Shown here: positions 49,612 through 59,553 of the stretch, piece by piece | Layout: every line of letters begins with the position of its first letter | Numbering within the stretch: the stretch's first letter is position 1 | NCBI GenBank assembly: GCA_038886535.1 | Contig: JAVZXS010000001.1 | Location: forward strand, 192,001-256,000 | DNA: 64,000 nt | Source: Candidatus Micrarchaeia archaeon | GTDB taxonomy: Archaea; Micrarchaeota; Micrarchaeia; CABMEP01 | Direction of reading: 5' to 3' | Notes under the pieces: generated by a model | The model's input: the letters and a program-made list of their open reading frames with translations, nothing else | Databases searched by the model: none | What the model was told of the DNA's origin: nothing | Program-made: the position numbers and the translations under genes

Positions 49612-50592
49612 ATGGGAAAAGTTATTAAGCCAAGAGCAGGTTCTCTTGCATTTAGACCAAGAAAACGTTCGAAAGACATTACTCCAAGAATGCGAACTTG
49701 GAGAATCACCGATAAAGTGCAGTTACTGGGATATCCAGTCTATAAAGTAGGAATGAAGCAAGCAGGAATAATAGATGATTCTAGATCTCCAACTAAGGGA
49801 ATGGAATTAACAGTACCAGTTACAATTTTAGAAGCACCAAAGATAACTATTTATGGAGCAAGGCTTTATCAGAAAACTCTCACTGGAACAAAGTGTTTGG
49901 GTGATGCTCTTTCAATCAATACAAAAGTAGCATCAATGCTAGGTATGTCAAAGAAAGATAAGAAAAGAAAGGATATAAAATGGCTAGAAGAAAAAATATC
50001 TTCATTTAATGATGAAGATAAAAAAGATCTTTATATTTCAGTTCTTGCCGTAACTAATACAAAGGAAGCAGGAATTCCAAAGAAGACTGGAGATACAGTT
50101 GAAATAGCAATAGGTGGAAATGATATTAAATCTCAATTGGAGTATGTCAAATCCATACTTGGAAAGGATATAACTCCAAATGAAGTATTTGAAGAAGGAG
50201 AATATGTTGATGCAATAGCAGTAACAAGAGGACATGGCTGGCAGGGAGTTATTAGAAGATTCGGTGTTCACAAACAAAGACCTAAGAATACTGGAAGAGT
50301 AAGACACAGAGGTACATTAGGTCCATGGCATCCAGCATATGTTATGTATACTGTTCCACAAGCAGGTCAACATGGATTCCATAGAAGAACTCAATATAAT
50401 AATAGAATACTTTTGATTGGAGATGATCCATCTAAAGTTAATATTCCTGGTGGTTACCCACACTATGGAGAAGTCAAATCTTCGTTTATATGTGTTAAGG
50501 GTTCAGTTCCAGGAACTCAAAAGAGATTTGTATTCCTTAGAAAATCCATAAGGAATACTTCTGTGCAGAAACCACAGATTTTATGGTTCTGA
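49612..50592 (+). CDS. rpl3: 50S ribosomal protein L3
   Basis: PRAGSLAFRPRKR, GHGWQGVIRRFG, PQAGQHGFHRRT. Confidence 0.96.
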   Translation: MGKVIKPRAGSLAFRPRKRSKDITPRMRTWRITDKVQLLGYPVYKVGMKQAGIIDDSRSPTKGMELTVPVTILEAPKITIYGARLYQKTLTGTKCLGDALSINTKVASMLGMSKKDKKRKDIKWLEEKISSFNDEDKKDLYISVLAVTNTKEAGIPKKTGDTVEIAIGGNDIKSQLEYVKSILGKDITPNEVFEEGEYVDAIAVTRGHGWQGVIRRFGVHKQRPKNTGRVRHRGTLGPWHPAYVMYTVPQAGQHGFHRRTQYNNRILLIGDDPSKVNIPGGYPHYGEVKSSFICVKGSVPGTQKRFVFLRKSIRNTSVQKPQILWF

Positions 50593-50618
50593 AATTCAAA
50601 AGATAATAGGTTGATCAT

Positions 50619-51398
50619 ATGGTAAGTATTTCATTATATTCTCAAAATGGTTCACCAACTGGAAAAATAGAGCTTCCAGAGATATTTAGAACAGAGATAA
50701 GAGAAGATCTTATCAGAAGAGCAGTTTTATCTGAGGAATCAGAAAAACTACAACCAAAAGGAGCTTTTCCAAGAGCAGGTTTGCAAACAACTGCAAGGTA
50801 TATTGGTAGGAAGGATGCTTATCACTCACTCAAAAACAGAGGAATTGCAAAGCTTCCAAGAGAACTCTATCCAAAAGGAAGAATCGGAAGAGTAAGGGTA
50901 GTTCCATGGGCAGTAAAAGGTAGGAGAGCTCATCCTCCAAAAGTAGAAAAAGTTCTTATTGAGAGGATAAATAAAAGAGAAAAAAAGAAAGCACTTCATT
51001 CTGCAATTGCAGCTACCGCTAATAAGGAAATGGTTGGCAAGAAACACATATTACCAAAGATAGACATCCCTATTGTTCTTGATGATTCGTGCGAATCTTT
51101 ATCAAAAACAAAAGAAGTTGTTTCTTTATTTGAACATCTTGATCTTATGAAGGATATTGAAAGAGCTGAACAAAGAACTAAAAGAAATAATGGAAGAAAA
51201 GGTGGGGTAAAAACACCTAAGTCAATTCTTTTAATCGCTGCGAAGGATTCTAAGCTTCTTAAAGCAGCAAAGAACCTTCCAGGTGTTACAGTTACAACGA
51301 TAGATAATCTTAAAGTTTCAGATCTTGCACCTGGTGGAGTACCAGGCAGATTAACAGTTTGGACAAAATCTGCAATCGAAAATTTAAGTAAGGTTTAA
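50619..51398 (+). CDS. rpl4: 50S ribosomal protein L4
   Basis: AVKGRRAHPPK, LAPGGVPGRLTVWT. Confidence 0.96.
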   Translation: MVSISLYSQNGSPTGKIELPEIFRTEIREDLIRRAVLSEESEKLQPKGAFPRAGLQTTARYIGRKDAYHSLKNRGIAKLPRELYPKGRIGRVRVVPWAVKGRRAHPPKVEKVLIERINKREKKKALHSAIAATANKEMVGKKHILPKIDIPIVLDDSCESLSKTKEVVSLFEHLDLMKDIERAEQRTKRNNGRKGGVKTPKSILLIAAKDSKLLKAAKNLPGVTVTTIDNLKVSDLAPGGVPGRLTVWTKSAIENLSKV

Positions 51399-51433
51399 CT
51401 ATATATTGAAATGTATAATAAGTGGGTGAAATT

Positions 51434-51679
51434 ATGATTATATATCCCGTAACAACTGAAAAGGCAATAAATCAAATTTCAAAGAACAATACTTTAGTAT
51501 TTAATGTTGATCCTAAACAAACTAAGAGATCAATAAAGGAGTATATCGAAAAAGAATATGGCGTTAAGGTTGCTTCAGTAAATGTACTAAATAATTTCTC
51601 AAATAAAAAAGTAGCATACGTTAAGCTTAAAAAGGAATATTCAGCAATGGATCTTGCGTCAAAACTTAAGATATTGTAA
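51434..51679 (+). CDS. rpl23: 50S ribosomal protein L23
   Basis: PVTTEKA, NTLVFNVD, KVAYVKL. Confidence 0.94.
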   Translation: MIIYPVTTEKAINQISKNNTLVFNVDPKQTKRSIKEYIEKEYGVKVASVNVLNNFSNKKVAYVKLKKEYSAMDLASKLKIL

Positions 51680-51716
51680 ATTATATTGATAGTTTAATGA
51701 TTAGATAGGTGTGTTT

Positions 51717-52454
51717 ATGGGTAAAATGTTAAATCAACAAAGAAGAGGAAAGGGAAGTCCAGCATTCTCTGCTCCATCGCATAAATTTAATGCAAAAGTT
51801 TCATTTAGATCTTACGATGAAAAAGAAAAGAATTCTGTAGTTAAAGGAAAAGTTATAGAATTCATCAATAATCCTGCCCACAGTGGTTTAATAATGAATG
51901 TAAAGACTGAAGATGGCCAGATAGTTTCACTTCTTGCCCCAGAAGGAATTGCAATAGGAGATGAGATAGAATTTGGGGCTAATGCAGGAATTAAATTAGG
52001 AAATGTTCTTCCTCTTGCAAAGATTCCAGATGGAATGTATGTTTATAATATAGAGTTAGTTCCAGGAGACGGTGGAAAGCTAATAAGAGCAGCTGGAACA
52101 TCAGGAACAGTAATATCTCATACAGATAAAGAGGTTTATGTTGCATTACCATCAAAGAAGGTTAAAATATTCAATGCTAATTGCAGAGCACAGATCGGAT
52201 TAATTTCAATGGGTGGAAGATTAATGAGACCTGTTTTCAAGGCAGGAAAGAAATATCACATGGTGGCTTCAACAGCAAGATATTGGCCAAAAGTCAGAGG
52301 AGTTGCAATGTCTGTATATGACCATCCATTCGGTGGAAAGCAGCACCACCCAGGTCGTTCAACGATTGTTGCAAGGAACGCACCACCGGGAAGAAAGGTT
52401 GGTCTTTTGGCAGCAGCTTCTGTTGGAAGAGGAAAGAAAAGAAAGAAAGTTTAA
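51717..52454 (+). CDS. rpl2: 50S ribosomal protein L2
   Basis: QRRGKGSP, WPKVRGVAM..DHPFGG. Confidence 0.96.
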   Translation: MGKMLNQQRRGKGSPAFSAPSHKFNAKVSFRSYDEKEKNSVVKGKVIEFINNPAHSGLIMNVKTEDGQIVSLLAPEGIAIGDEIEFGANAGIKLGNVLPLAKIPDGMYVYNIELVPGDGGKLIRAAGTSGTVISHTDKEVYVALPSKKVKIFNANCRAQIGLISMGGRLMRPVFKAGKKYHMVASTARYWPKVRGVAMSVYDHPFGGKQHHPGRSTIVARNAPPGRKVGLLAAASVGRGKKRKKV

Positions 52455-52485
52455 TATTTCGAGATGTTCATAAAGGAGTGATTAA

Positions 52486-52869
52486 ATGGCAAGGAAATTT
52501 ATATTTCGTGGAAAAACTCTTGAAGAGCTTCAGGCAATGTCTCTTGATGAATTTGCAAATTTAATTAAATCAAGAGCAAGAAGATATATTAAGAAGATGC
52601 CAATCAAGTACAAAAAACTTCTAATAAAGGCAGAGAAAATTGGCACCTCTAAACCAATTAAAACACATCTCAGAGAAGCAGTTATAATTCCTAAATGGGT
52701 TGGCATGAAATTTATGGTTCACAGTGGTAAGGAATTTAAGCAAGTGAACATTCAACCAGAGATGGTTGGATTTAGATTGGGAGATTTTGTCCATACAACT
52801 GGAAGAGTTATTCACAGTGGTCCAGGTATTGGTGCTACAAGAGGTTCGAAAGCAGTAGCTTTGAAATAA
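52486..52869 (+). CDS. rps19: 30S ribosomal protein S19
   Basis: FRGKTLEEL, IKTHLRE, HSGPGIGATR. Confidence 0.95.
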   Translation: MARKFIFRGKTLEELQAMSLDEFANLIKSRARRYIKKMPIKYKKLLIKAEKIGTSKPIKTHLREAVIIPKWVGMKFMVHSGKEFKQVNIQPEMVGFRLGDFVHTTGRVIHSGPGIGATRGSKAVALK

Positions 52870-52915
52870 TCATTAAAGTTAAGATATGTAGTTGAATGTT
52901 TGAAACGGTGTTTAT

Positions 52916-53611
52916 ATGGTTCATTACGAATATGGTTTCAATAAGAAATCACAATACAGCGAAAAGCAGATTGCAAAGGCACAACAGTACAACATAGATG
53001 CATCCTATAAGGATCTTTGTGCAGTTTGTGATAATATAAGAGGAATGTCTGCAGAAGAGGGAACCAAATATCTAAATGCAGTTCTTGAAGGCTTTCCAGT
53101 ACTTTATAGGAGATGGAATAAGAAGCTAGGTCATAGAAAAGAACTTGGAGGAAGAAAAGGAAGATATCCAATTAAAGCAGCTAAAATAGTTTTAGGTGTT
53201 TTAAAAAATGCAATCGCAAATGCAACTTCAAAAGGTCTTGATCAATTAATGATAATTCATGCTTCAGCAAATAAACAAGCCATTTATCCTCGTCTTCAAT
53301 CTAAAGGAAGACAGATGAGATCAAACTATGAAACTGCAAGAGTAGAAATAATTCTTGCAGGAAAAGAAAACGAAGAGCTTCTCAAGCAACAGAAGCAGAA
53401 AATAGAACAGAGAGCAAAAGCAAAGGCTGAAGCTGCTGAGATGGAAAAGAAAATAGAGAAAACAGTCGAAGAGAAGACAGAGGAAGTTGTTTCCGAAGTA
53501 AAAGAAAAACAAAAAGCTGAAAATGTAGAACAAAAATCAGCTGAAAAAACAGATAAGAAACCGAAGGAAACGAAAAAAGCAAAGACTGAAGAATCTAAAA
53601 ACAAGGGTTAA
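52916..53611 (+). CDS. rpl22: 50S ribosomal protein L22 with a K/E-rich C-terminal tail
   Basis: GRYPIKAAK..LKNAIANA; operon position. Confidence 0.93.
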   Translation: MVHYEYGFNKKSQYSEKQIAKAQQYNIDASYKDLCAVCDNIRGMSAEEGTKYLNAVLEGFPVLYRRWNKKLGHRKELGGRKGRYPIKAAKIVLGVLKNAIANATSKGLDQLMIIHASANKQAIYPRLQSKGRQMRSNYETARVEIILAGKENEELLKQQKQKIEQRAKAKAEAAEMEKKIEKTVEEKTEEVVSEVKEKQKAENVEQKSAEKTDKKPKETKKAKTEESKNKG

Positions 53612-53639
53612 TATTTATGCTTAATTAAGGAGTGATTCA

Positions 53640-54371
53640 ATGGCAATTGAAAGAAAATTCATAGAGGATGCAGTTACTAGGTATCAAATAGCGAATTTCC
53701 TAAGAGAAAAGTTAGAGAGAGTTGGATTTAGTAATGTTACAATACAGAGAACTCCAATGGTTACACGAATAACCGTTGAAGTTGCAAATCCGGGTAGATT
53801 GATTGGTAAAAAAGGAAAATCAATAAAGACATTAGCAGATACAATACAAAGAGAATTCGGAGTTAATGATCCACAGATTGCAGTGGTTCCAGTTGAAAAA
53901 GTTGAACTAGAACCAAGACTTGTTGCATATTCAATCGCAAAAAATATAGAAGCAGGTAAACCATTAAGAGCATTAATACACTCATCTTTAAAGAAAATAA
54001 TTGACGCAGGTGCACTTGGCGCTGAGATCGTTGTAGGTGGAAAGATTGCAGCAAAGGGAGCAAAGGCAAAGAGTATGCGTGTTGCTTGGGGATACTTACC
54101 AAAAGCAGGTGAAGTTGTTAAACAAATAAAGAAGGCCCAAGTAACAGCAAGACCAAAATATGGTGCAATAAATGTAAGAGTTTCAATTGCTCCACCTACT
54201 GCAGTATTTCCGGATAAAGTTTCAAAAGTTGAAGTTCCTAATATAATTAAATATTCTGAAGAAAATGAGAGTAAAGAGCAGCAGTTGGAGTCAAAGAAAG
54301 AACAGAAAAAAGAAATGAAGATGGAGCAGCTCCAACAAAAGAAACATTCTGCTCAAAAAAGAAGGAAATAA
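53640..54371 (+). CDS. rps3: 30S ribosomal protein S3
   Basis: KH motif PGRLIGKKG, GALGAEIVVGGK. Confidence 0.95.
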   Translation: MAIERKFIEDAVTRYQIANFLREKLERVGFSNVTIQRTPMVTRITVEVANPGRLIGKKGKSIKTLADTIQREFGVNDPQIAVVPVEKVELEPRLVAYSIAKNIEAGKPLRALIHSSLKKIIDAGALGAEIVVGGKIAAKGAKAKSMRVAWGYLPKAGEVVKQIKKAQVTARPKYGAINVRVSIAPPTAVFPDKVSKVEVPNIIKYSEENESKEQQLESKKEQKKEMKMEQLQQKKHSAQKRRK

Positions 54372-54405
54372 TTTCCGCACTTAGGCGGTTATGTGATGTG
54401 ATCAT

Positions 54406-54648
54406 ATGAAAGTAAAAGATATAAAAAATATGAGTACTGATGAAATGAAAGCTAAAATTGCTGATCTCGAAAAAGAATTAAGCATAGAATACGGAACAAG
54501 GTCTTCAGCAGCAGGAAAATCTAGAAACTACGGTAAGATAAGAACAATTAAAAAAACAATCGCAAGAATGAAGACCTTTATCAGAGCAAGAGAATTAGGT
54601 ATTCTCGGTAACGAAACTAACAAAGAAAAAATTCAAAATAAGAAATAA
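54406..54648 (+). CDS. rpl29: 50S ribosomal protein L29
   Basis: GKIRTIKKTIARMKT; operon position. Confidence 0.9.
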   Translation: MKVKDIKNMSTDEMKAKIADLEKELSIEYGTRSSAAGKSRNYGKIRTIKKTIARMKTFIRARELGILGNETNKEKIQNKK

Positions 54649-54697
54649 TAATTTTGTAATTAATATTAATTGATCGATAAATTATATTATATACGAG

Positions 54698-55060
54698 GTG
54701 AAGAAAACGGCTGAAAATACATGCCCTATCTGCGGGGTACACAAATTGATAGGTGACATATGTTCCGGTTGTGGACTTCCTAAGGACATATGTTCATGCG
54801 CTGCAATTGAGAAGGAAACAGCGCAAAAGATAAAAGTAACAATAACAAAAGCAAAATTCAGGAAACTTGTTACCATCGTATCCGGTGTTGAAAAGAATTC
54901 AATTGAGCGAGTTGCAAAGCAACTCAAACAATCACTGGCATGCGGTGGAACAGTTAAGAATGATGAAATAATACTTCAAGGAGACCACGGAGCGAAAATA
55001 AAACAATTGCTAATTAAGGCAGGTTATCCTGAAGAAAACATTTCAATAATCCGAAAATAA
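54698..55060 (+). CDS. sui1: Translation initiation factor aIF1/SUI1
   Basis: CGLPKDICSC, LACGGTVK..IILQGDH. Confidence 0.92.
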   Translation: MKKTAENTCPICGVHKLIGDICSGCGLPKDICSCAAIEKETAQKIKVTITKAKFRKLVTIVSGVEKNSIERVAKQLKQSLACGGTVKNDEIILQGDHGAKIKQLLIKAGYPEENISIIRK

Positions 55061-55077
55061 TCATTGATGATGATTAA

Positions 55078-55395
55078 ATGTCAGACCAAAAAAAATCGAT
55101 TCAAAGTATTTCAGTAAATTCAAAATTAAAAAATCTGAAATACTTAATCGAATATATTGGTTTGACTGTAGAAGTAATCAACAGCTCTTCCCCAGAGCAA
55201 ATAGGAATAAAGGGGTTGGTTGTTGATGAAACAAAAAATGCATTCAAAATTGAGAAAAAAGATGGAAAGGAGGTTTTGATACCTAAGAAAGGTTCTACCT
55301 TCCTCTTTGAAAAAGGAGGGGAGACCTTTACAGTTGAGGGATCAAAAATACTATATCCTCCTGAAGAGAGACTTAAAAAAATAAAATTCGAATGA
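55078..55395 (+). CDS. rnp1: Ribonuclease P protein component 1 (Rpp29)
   Basis: EYIGLTVEV, GIKGLVVDETKN, IPKKGSTFLF, PEERL. Confidence 0.9.
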   Translation: MSDQKKSIQSISVNSKLKNLKYLIEYIGLTVEVINSSSPEQIGIKGLVVDETKNAFKIEKKDGKEVLIPKKGSTFLFEKGGETFTVEGSKILYPPEERLKKIKFE

Positions 55396-55441
55396 TTTGG
55401 ATTAAAGATTGATATTAATAGTTTAATAAACGGTTGATCTT

Positions 55442-55756
55442 ATGGTAGGAAAAGAAGAAAACTGTGGAGATGCAAAATGTTTCATTCATGGTGATGTAAA
55501 AGTCAGAGGCCAAGTATTAACCGGTACGGTTGTTAGTACGAAGGCAAAAAAGACTGCAATAGTAGAGAGACAGAGAATGGTCTACATACCGAAGTATAAA
55601 AGGTATGCAAGAACTCGTTCAAGATATGCTGCTCACAATCCACCTTGCATAAATGCAAAAGTAGGTGATAAGGTTAAGATAGGAGAATGCAGAAAACTCA
55701 GCAGAACAAAAACATGGACAATAATAGAGATAATAGGTAAGGATGAAACTTTGTAA
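55442..55756 (+). CDS. rps17: 30S ribosomal protein S17
   Basis: CFIHG.VKVRG, PKYKRY, AHNPPC, ECRKLS. Confidence 0.95.
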   Translation: MVGKEENCGDAKCFIHGDVKVRGQVLTGTVVSTKAKKTAIVERQRMVYIPKYKRYARTRSRYAAHNPPCINAKVGDKVKIGECRKLSRTKTWTIIEIIGKDETL

Positions 55757-55789
55757 TTTGATGAATTTAATATTTATAAGGTGAAAATT

Positions 55790-56188
55790 ATGAAAGCACT
55801 ACAATCAAAAATTCCAAAATCTTTGCCAATAGGGGCGATCATAAATTGTGATGATAATAGTGGAGCAAAAGTAGTTCAAATAATAGGTATGTTGAAAGCT
55901 CCAACAAAGAGAAGAAGAAAACCAAGCGTTGGAATCGGAGATGTAGCTATAGTAGCAGTCAAGAAAGGTTCTCCACAGATGATCAAAAAGGTAGAAAAGG
56001 CATTAATAATAAGACAGAGAAAACCTTTCAGGAGAGCAAATGGTATACGAATAATGTTTGAAGACAATGCATGTGCATTGATAGATGATGCAGGATTGCC
56101 AAAAGGAACAGAGATCAAGGGTGTTGTAGCAAGAGAAATAGTAGACCGATATCCAAAAGTCGCTGGAATCGCATGGTCAATTATATAA
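55790..56188 (+). CDS. rpl14: 50S ribosomal protein L14
   Basis: DNSGAK, FEDNAC, PKGTEIKG. Confidence 0.95.
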   Translation: MKALQSKIPKSLPIGAIINCDDNSGAKVVQIIGMLKAPTKRRRKPSVGIGDVAIVAVKKGSPQMIKKVEKALIIRQRKPFRRANGIRIMFEDNACALIDDAGLPKGTEIKGVVAREIVDRYPKVAGIAWSII

Positions 56189-56206
56189 TCTTTGTAGGGT
56201 GGATTT

Positions 56207-56533
56207 ATGATAAGCTCAAGAAAACCGAGAACACAAAGAAAATTCAGATATACTGCTCCACTTCATTTAAGAAAGAACTTCGTTCATGTTCATCTAAGTA
56301 AGGATTTGAGAACAAAACTGAAGAAAAGAGCAGTTCAAGTAAAGAAAGGAGACAAGGTAAAAATACTAAGAGGTAAATTTAAAGGTAAAGAAGGAAAAGT
56401 AGCAAAGGTAATTCTTTCCGATGCAAAGATATTTGTTGAAGGTATTACGATTAAGAAAGCAAACGGAAAGGAAACATTTTATCCTATCGATCCTTCAAAT
56501 GTAATGATAATTGAAATGACTGAAAGAAAATAA
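56207..56533 (+). CDS. rpl24: 50S ribosomal protein L24
   Basis: PRTQRKFRYTAPLH, KGDKVKILRG, IDPSNVMI. Confidence 0.95.
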   Translation: MISSRKPRTQRKFRYTAPLHLRKNFVHVHLSKDLRTKLKKRAVQVKKGDKVKILRGKFKGKEGKVAKVILSDAKIFVEGITIKKANGKETFYPIDPSNVMIIEMTERK

Positions 56534-56544
56534 ATAGTGATAAT

Positions 56545-56721
56545 ATGCTGACTCAATTAAAAACAAATATTTTAGATAAGAAGAGTAATAAAATTAAGCA
56601 GTGCAATTTCCTTATCGAATCAAGATTGATAAGGAATTTAGATCTTAAAGCTAGAATTGAAAACATAATCGTTTCAAACAATTCAAAACCATCTATTAAA
56701 AATAAGAGAAGATTCGATTAA
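56545..56721 (+). CDS. Uncharacterised 58-aa basic ORF inside the r-protein operon
   Basis: AGTGATAAT-ATG start context identical to that of rpl5; stop-free for 58 codons. Confidence 0.4.
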   Translation: MLTQLKTNILDKKSNKIKQCNFLIESRLIRNLDLKARIENIIVSNNSKPSIKNKRRFD

Positions 56722-56747
56722 TATTTATCAATTAAGGTGTGATTTTT

Positions 56748-57434
56748 ATGGCGAAAAAAAGTGGTACAAAACATTTGAAAAGAATTGCAATGCCAAAATC
56801 TTTTGGTTTGCCTAGAAAAGAATTTACATGGTGCATAAATCCATTACCTGGAAGACATAAGAAAGAATTATCTCTTCCATTGTTATATGCGATTATATCA
56901 TTAGGATTTGCAAAAACAGCAAAGGAAGCAAAAGCAGTGCTTAATACCGGGCAAGTAAAAATTGATGGCATTGTAAGAACAGAACCAAAGCATTTAGTAG
57001 GATTAATGGATGTTATAACTATTGGAGAAAACAATTGGAGAGTTTTAGTTGACACAAAAGGGAAAATCAAATTTGAGAAAACATCTAATCCATCAGTAAA
57101 ACTCTGTCAGGTTAGAAATAAGACAAAAATAAAAGGAGGAAAAATCCAATTAACTCTCCATGATGGAAGAAACATATTAGATTTTGATGCAAAGGTAGGA
57201 GATACGATTGAGATTTCAATTCCAGAAGGTAAGCCAATAGGAAAGATTGAATTAAAGGAATCAGCATTATGTTTTATAATTGGTGGAAAGAAAATTGGAA
57301 ATTTGATTAAGGTCAAAGAAATTTCACCTGGATCTGCAACAAGAAACAGTGAAATACATGGAGAACTTCAGGACGGTTCTTCTGCAATTACACTTACTAA
57401 ATATGCATTTCCAGTAAAGGAGAATTTCATTTAA
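56748..57434 (+). CDS. rps4e: 30S ribosomal protein S4e
   Basis: HLKRIAMP, PGRH, VGLMDVI, QLTLHDGRN. Confidence 0.95.
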   Translation: MAKKSGTKHLKRIAMPKSFGLPRKEFTWCINPLPGRHKKELSLPLLYAIISLGFAKTAKEAKAVLNTGQVKIDGIVRTEPKHLVGLMDVITIGENNWRVLVDTKGKIKFEKTSNPSVKLCQVRNKTKIKGGKIQLTLHDGRNILDFDAKVGDTIEISIPEGKPIGKIELKESALCFIIGGKKIGNLIKVKEISPGSATRNSEIHGELQDGSSAITLTKYAFPVKENFI

Positions 57435-57470
57435 ATATCATGGTCTTTATCATGAATAAGAAGTGATAAT

Positions 57471-57977
57471 ATGGATATGCGGGAAGTAAAACTCGAAAAA
57501 GTGACAGTTAATATAGGTGCTGGAGAATCCGGAGAAAAACTAAAAAAAGCTAAAACAATCATTGAAAGAATTACTGGCAGAAAAGCAGCTTATACAAAGG
57601 CAAGGAAAAGAGTTCAGGCATTTGGAATAAGAAAAGGAGAAACAATCGGTGTAAAAGTAACACTAAGAGGAAAGGATGCAGAAAATTTCCTTAGAAATGC
57701 ATTTGATGCTGTAGACTTCAAACTCAATAGGAAATCGATTGATAAATATGGTAATTTTGCATTTGGAGTTAAAGAGTACATAGATTTTCCAGGTGCAAAA
57801 TATGATCCAACAATTGGTATAATCGGTTTTGATGTTTGTGGAACTATGACCAGACCTGGAAAAAGAGTAGAACTTAGAAGAAGAGCTAAATCAAAGATAA
57901 GACATACTCATCATGTTACTCCTGAAGAGACTGAGAAGTTTTTGAAAGAAAAGTTTAAGGTGAATATCTATGAATAA
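57471..57977 (+). CDS. rpl5: 50S ribosomal protein L5
   Basis: [28 protein letters not shown]. Confidence 0.96.
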   Translation: MDMREVKLEKVTVNIGAGESGEKLKKAKTIIERITGRKAAYTKARKRVQAFGIRKGETIGVKVTLRGKDAENFLRNAFDAVDFKLNRKSIDKYGNFAFGVKEYIDFPGAKYDPTIGIIGFDVCGTMTRPGKRVELRRRAKSKIRHTHHVTPEETEKFLKEKFKVNIYE

Positions 57978-58140
57978 AAAGAGTACAAGACCAGTAGAAG
58001 TAAGGTATAAAGGAAAGGGTATAAGAAAATGTAAAATTTGTGGTACTGCACGAGGTCTCATTAGAAAGTATAATCTTAACATTTGTAGAAGATGTTTTAG
58101 AGAGATTGGAGAGTCTATCGGTTTCAAGAAATTTGGTTAA
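57970..58140 (+). CDS. rps14: 30S ribosomal protein S14 (Zn-binding)
   Basis: Not in the ORF track (56 aa): [26 protein letters not shown]. Confidence 0.94.
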   Translation: MNKKSTRPVEVRYKGKGIRKCKICGTARGLIRKYNLNICRRCFREIGESIGFKKFG

Positions 58141-58195
58141 TAATCTCTCATGCTAATATATAATTAATTAATAAAAGATAAAAGAGTGTGATTGT

Positions 58196-58576
58196 ATGGA
58201 TATACTTGCAAATGCTTTGAATGTAATTCGTGTTCATAAAAATGCAGGAAAAAATGAATGTAAGGTAATTGCATCCAATTTTACTGGAGAAGTTCTCAAA
58301 ATTCTCCAGAGAGAAGGATATATTGAAGAATTCACAGAAGTAAAAGAAGGTCCAACAAGATATTTTATAATTAAAGGAATAGGACCTATAAATTACTGTG
58401 GTGTTATAAAGCCAAGATTTCCTGTAAAATACTCTGAAATAGGAAAGGTTGAAGAGCAATATCTTCCAAGCAAAGATTTCGGAATAATCATAATCACAAC
58501 ACCAAAAGGAGTTGTTACAAATAAAGAGATAAGGTCATTAAAGACAGGTGGAAGACTTGTAGCATATGTCTACTAA
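58196..58576 (+). CDS. rps8: 30S ribosomal protein S8
   Basis: DILANAL, GVIKPRF, LPSKDFG, GGRLVAYVY. Confidence 0.95.
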   Translation: MDILANALNVIRVHKNAGKNECKVIASNFTGEVLKILQREGYIEEFTEVKEGPTRYFIIKGIGPINYCGVIKPRFPVKYSEIGKVEEQYLPSKDFGIIIITTPKGVVTNKEIRSLKTGGRLVAYVY

Positions 58577-58620
58577 AATATTAATTATAATTTATTCAAT
58601 TTACTACTTAAGGTGTTAAT

Positions 58621-59115
58621 ATGGTTGAAACAATTATAGAAATTCCCTCTGGATTGGATGTTGAAATAGGAAATGATTCATTCACTGTATCTGGTCCAAA
58701 GGGAAAGGTATCATATAAATATAAAGATGTTTCTATTTCAAAAGATGCCGGAAAGATAAAGATTTCTGGTGAATCAAAAGCACTTGTAAATACAACTCAA
58801 GCACTTATGAAGTCAGCATTTAAAGGAGTTACAGAAGGTTATACAATAAAGCTTCAAATGGTATACGCACACTTTCCGTTTACCATTGAGCAAAAGGGCT
58901 CAGAGATTCTTATAAAGAACTTCCTTGGAGAAAAGAGTCCAAGAAAAGCCACCATAGTAGGAGACACAAAAATGAAAGTTGAAAAAGAATTCATAATATT
59001 AACAGGTCCAGATAAATATGCAGTAGGACAAACAGCAGCAAATCTTAAAAATGCAACATACATAAAAGAGAAGGATCCAAGGGTATTCCAGGATGGAATT
59101 TACGATCCATTATAA
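58621..59115 (+). CDS. rpl6: 50S ribosomal protein L6
   Basis: YAHFP, NFLGEK, DPRVFQDGIY. Confidence 0.95.
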   Translation: MVETIIEIPSGLDVEIGNDSFTVSGPKGKVSYKYKDVSISKDAGKIKISGESKALVNTTQALMKSAFKGVTEGYTIKLQMVYAHFPFTIEQKGSEILIKNFLGEKSPRKATIVGDTKMKVEKEFIILTGPDKYAVGQTAANLKNATYIKEKDPRVFQDGIYDPL

Positions 59116-59175
59116 AAATTTGCTTATGTTGCTTATAGTTATATGTTAATAAATTAATAATCAAGGTGTTATGTT

Positions 59176-59532
59176 ATGAGAAAACATCCAAAATTTCTTC
59201 CACCAAACTATGGAAGAAAGAAAAGAGTGAAGCTTAGGTGGAGAAAACCGAGAGGAATAGATAACAAGAAAAGAATAGGTAAGAAGATAATGGGCGCATC
59301 CCCTAATGTAGGATGGAGAAGTGCAAGAGATGATAGAGATTTTCATCCTTCAGGTTTTAAAGAGGTTCTTGTACGTTCATTAAAAGACATGGATGGAATT
59401 ACTGAGAAAGGAGTTGCGATAAGAATCGCAGCTGCAGTTGGTGCTAAAAAGAGAGAGTTAATCATTAAAAAAGCAAAAGAGATGAATATCCATGTTCTTA
59501 ATCCAGTAAGTTTAAAGCATCAAAAGCAGTGA
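59176..59532 (+). CDS. rpl32e: 50S ribosomal protein L32e
   Basis: WRKPRGIDNK, HPSGFKEVLV. Confidence 0.95.
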   Translation: MRKHPKFLPPNYGRKKRVKLRWRKPRGIDNKKRIGKKIMGASPNVGWRSARDDRDFHPSGFKEVLVRSLKDMDGITEKGVAIRIAAAVGAKKRELIIKKAKEMNIHVLNPVSLKHQKQ

Positions 59533-59553
59533 TAATATTTGTAGGTGAAATTT

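Noticed and set aside
57438..57455. TCATGG/TCATGA pair before rpl5 resembling the wHTH operator
   Set aside because: Only one exact hexamer and a different spacing; compatible with chance.
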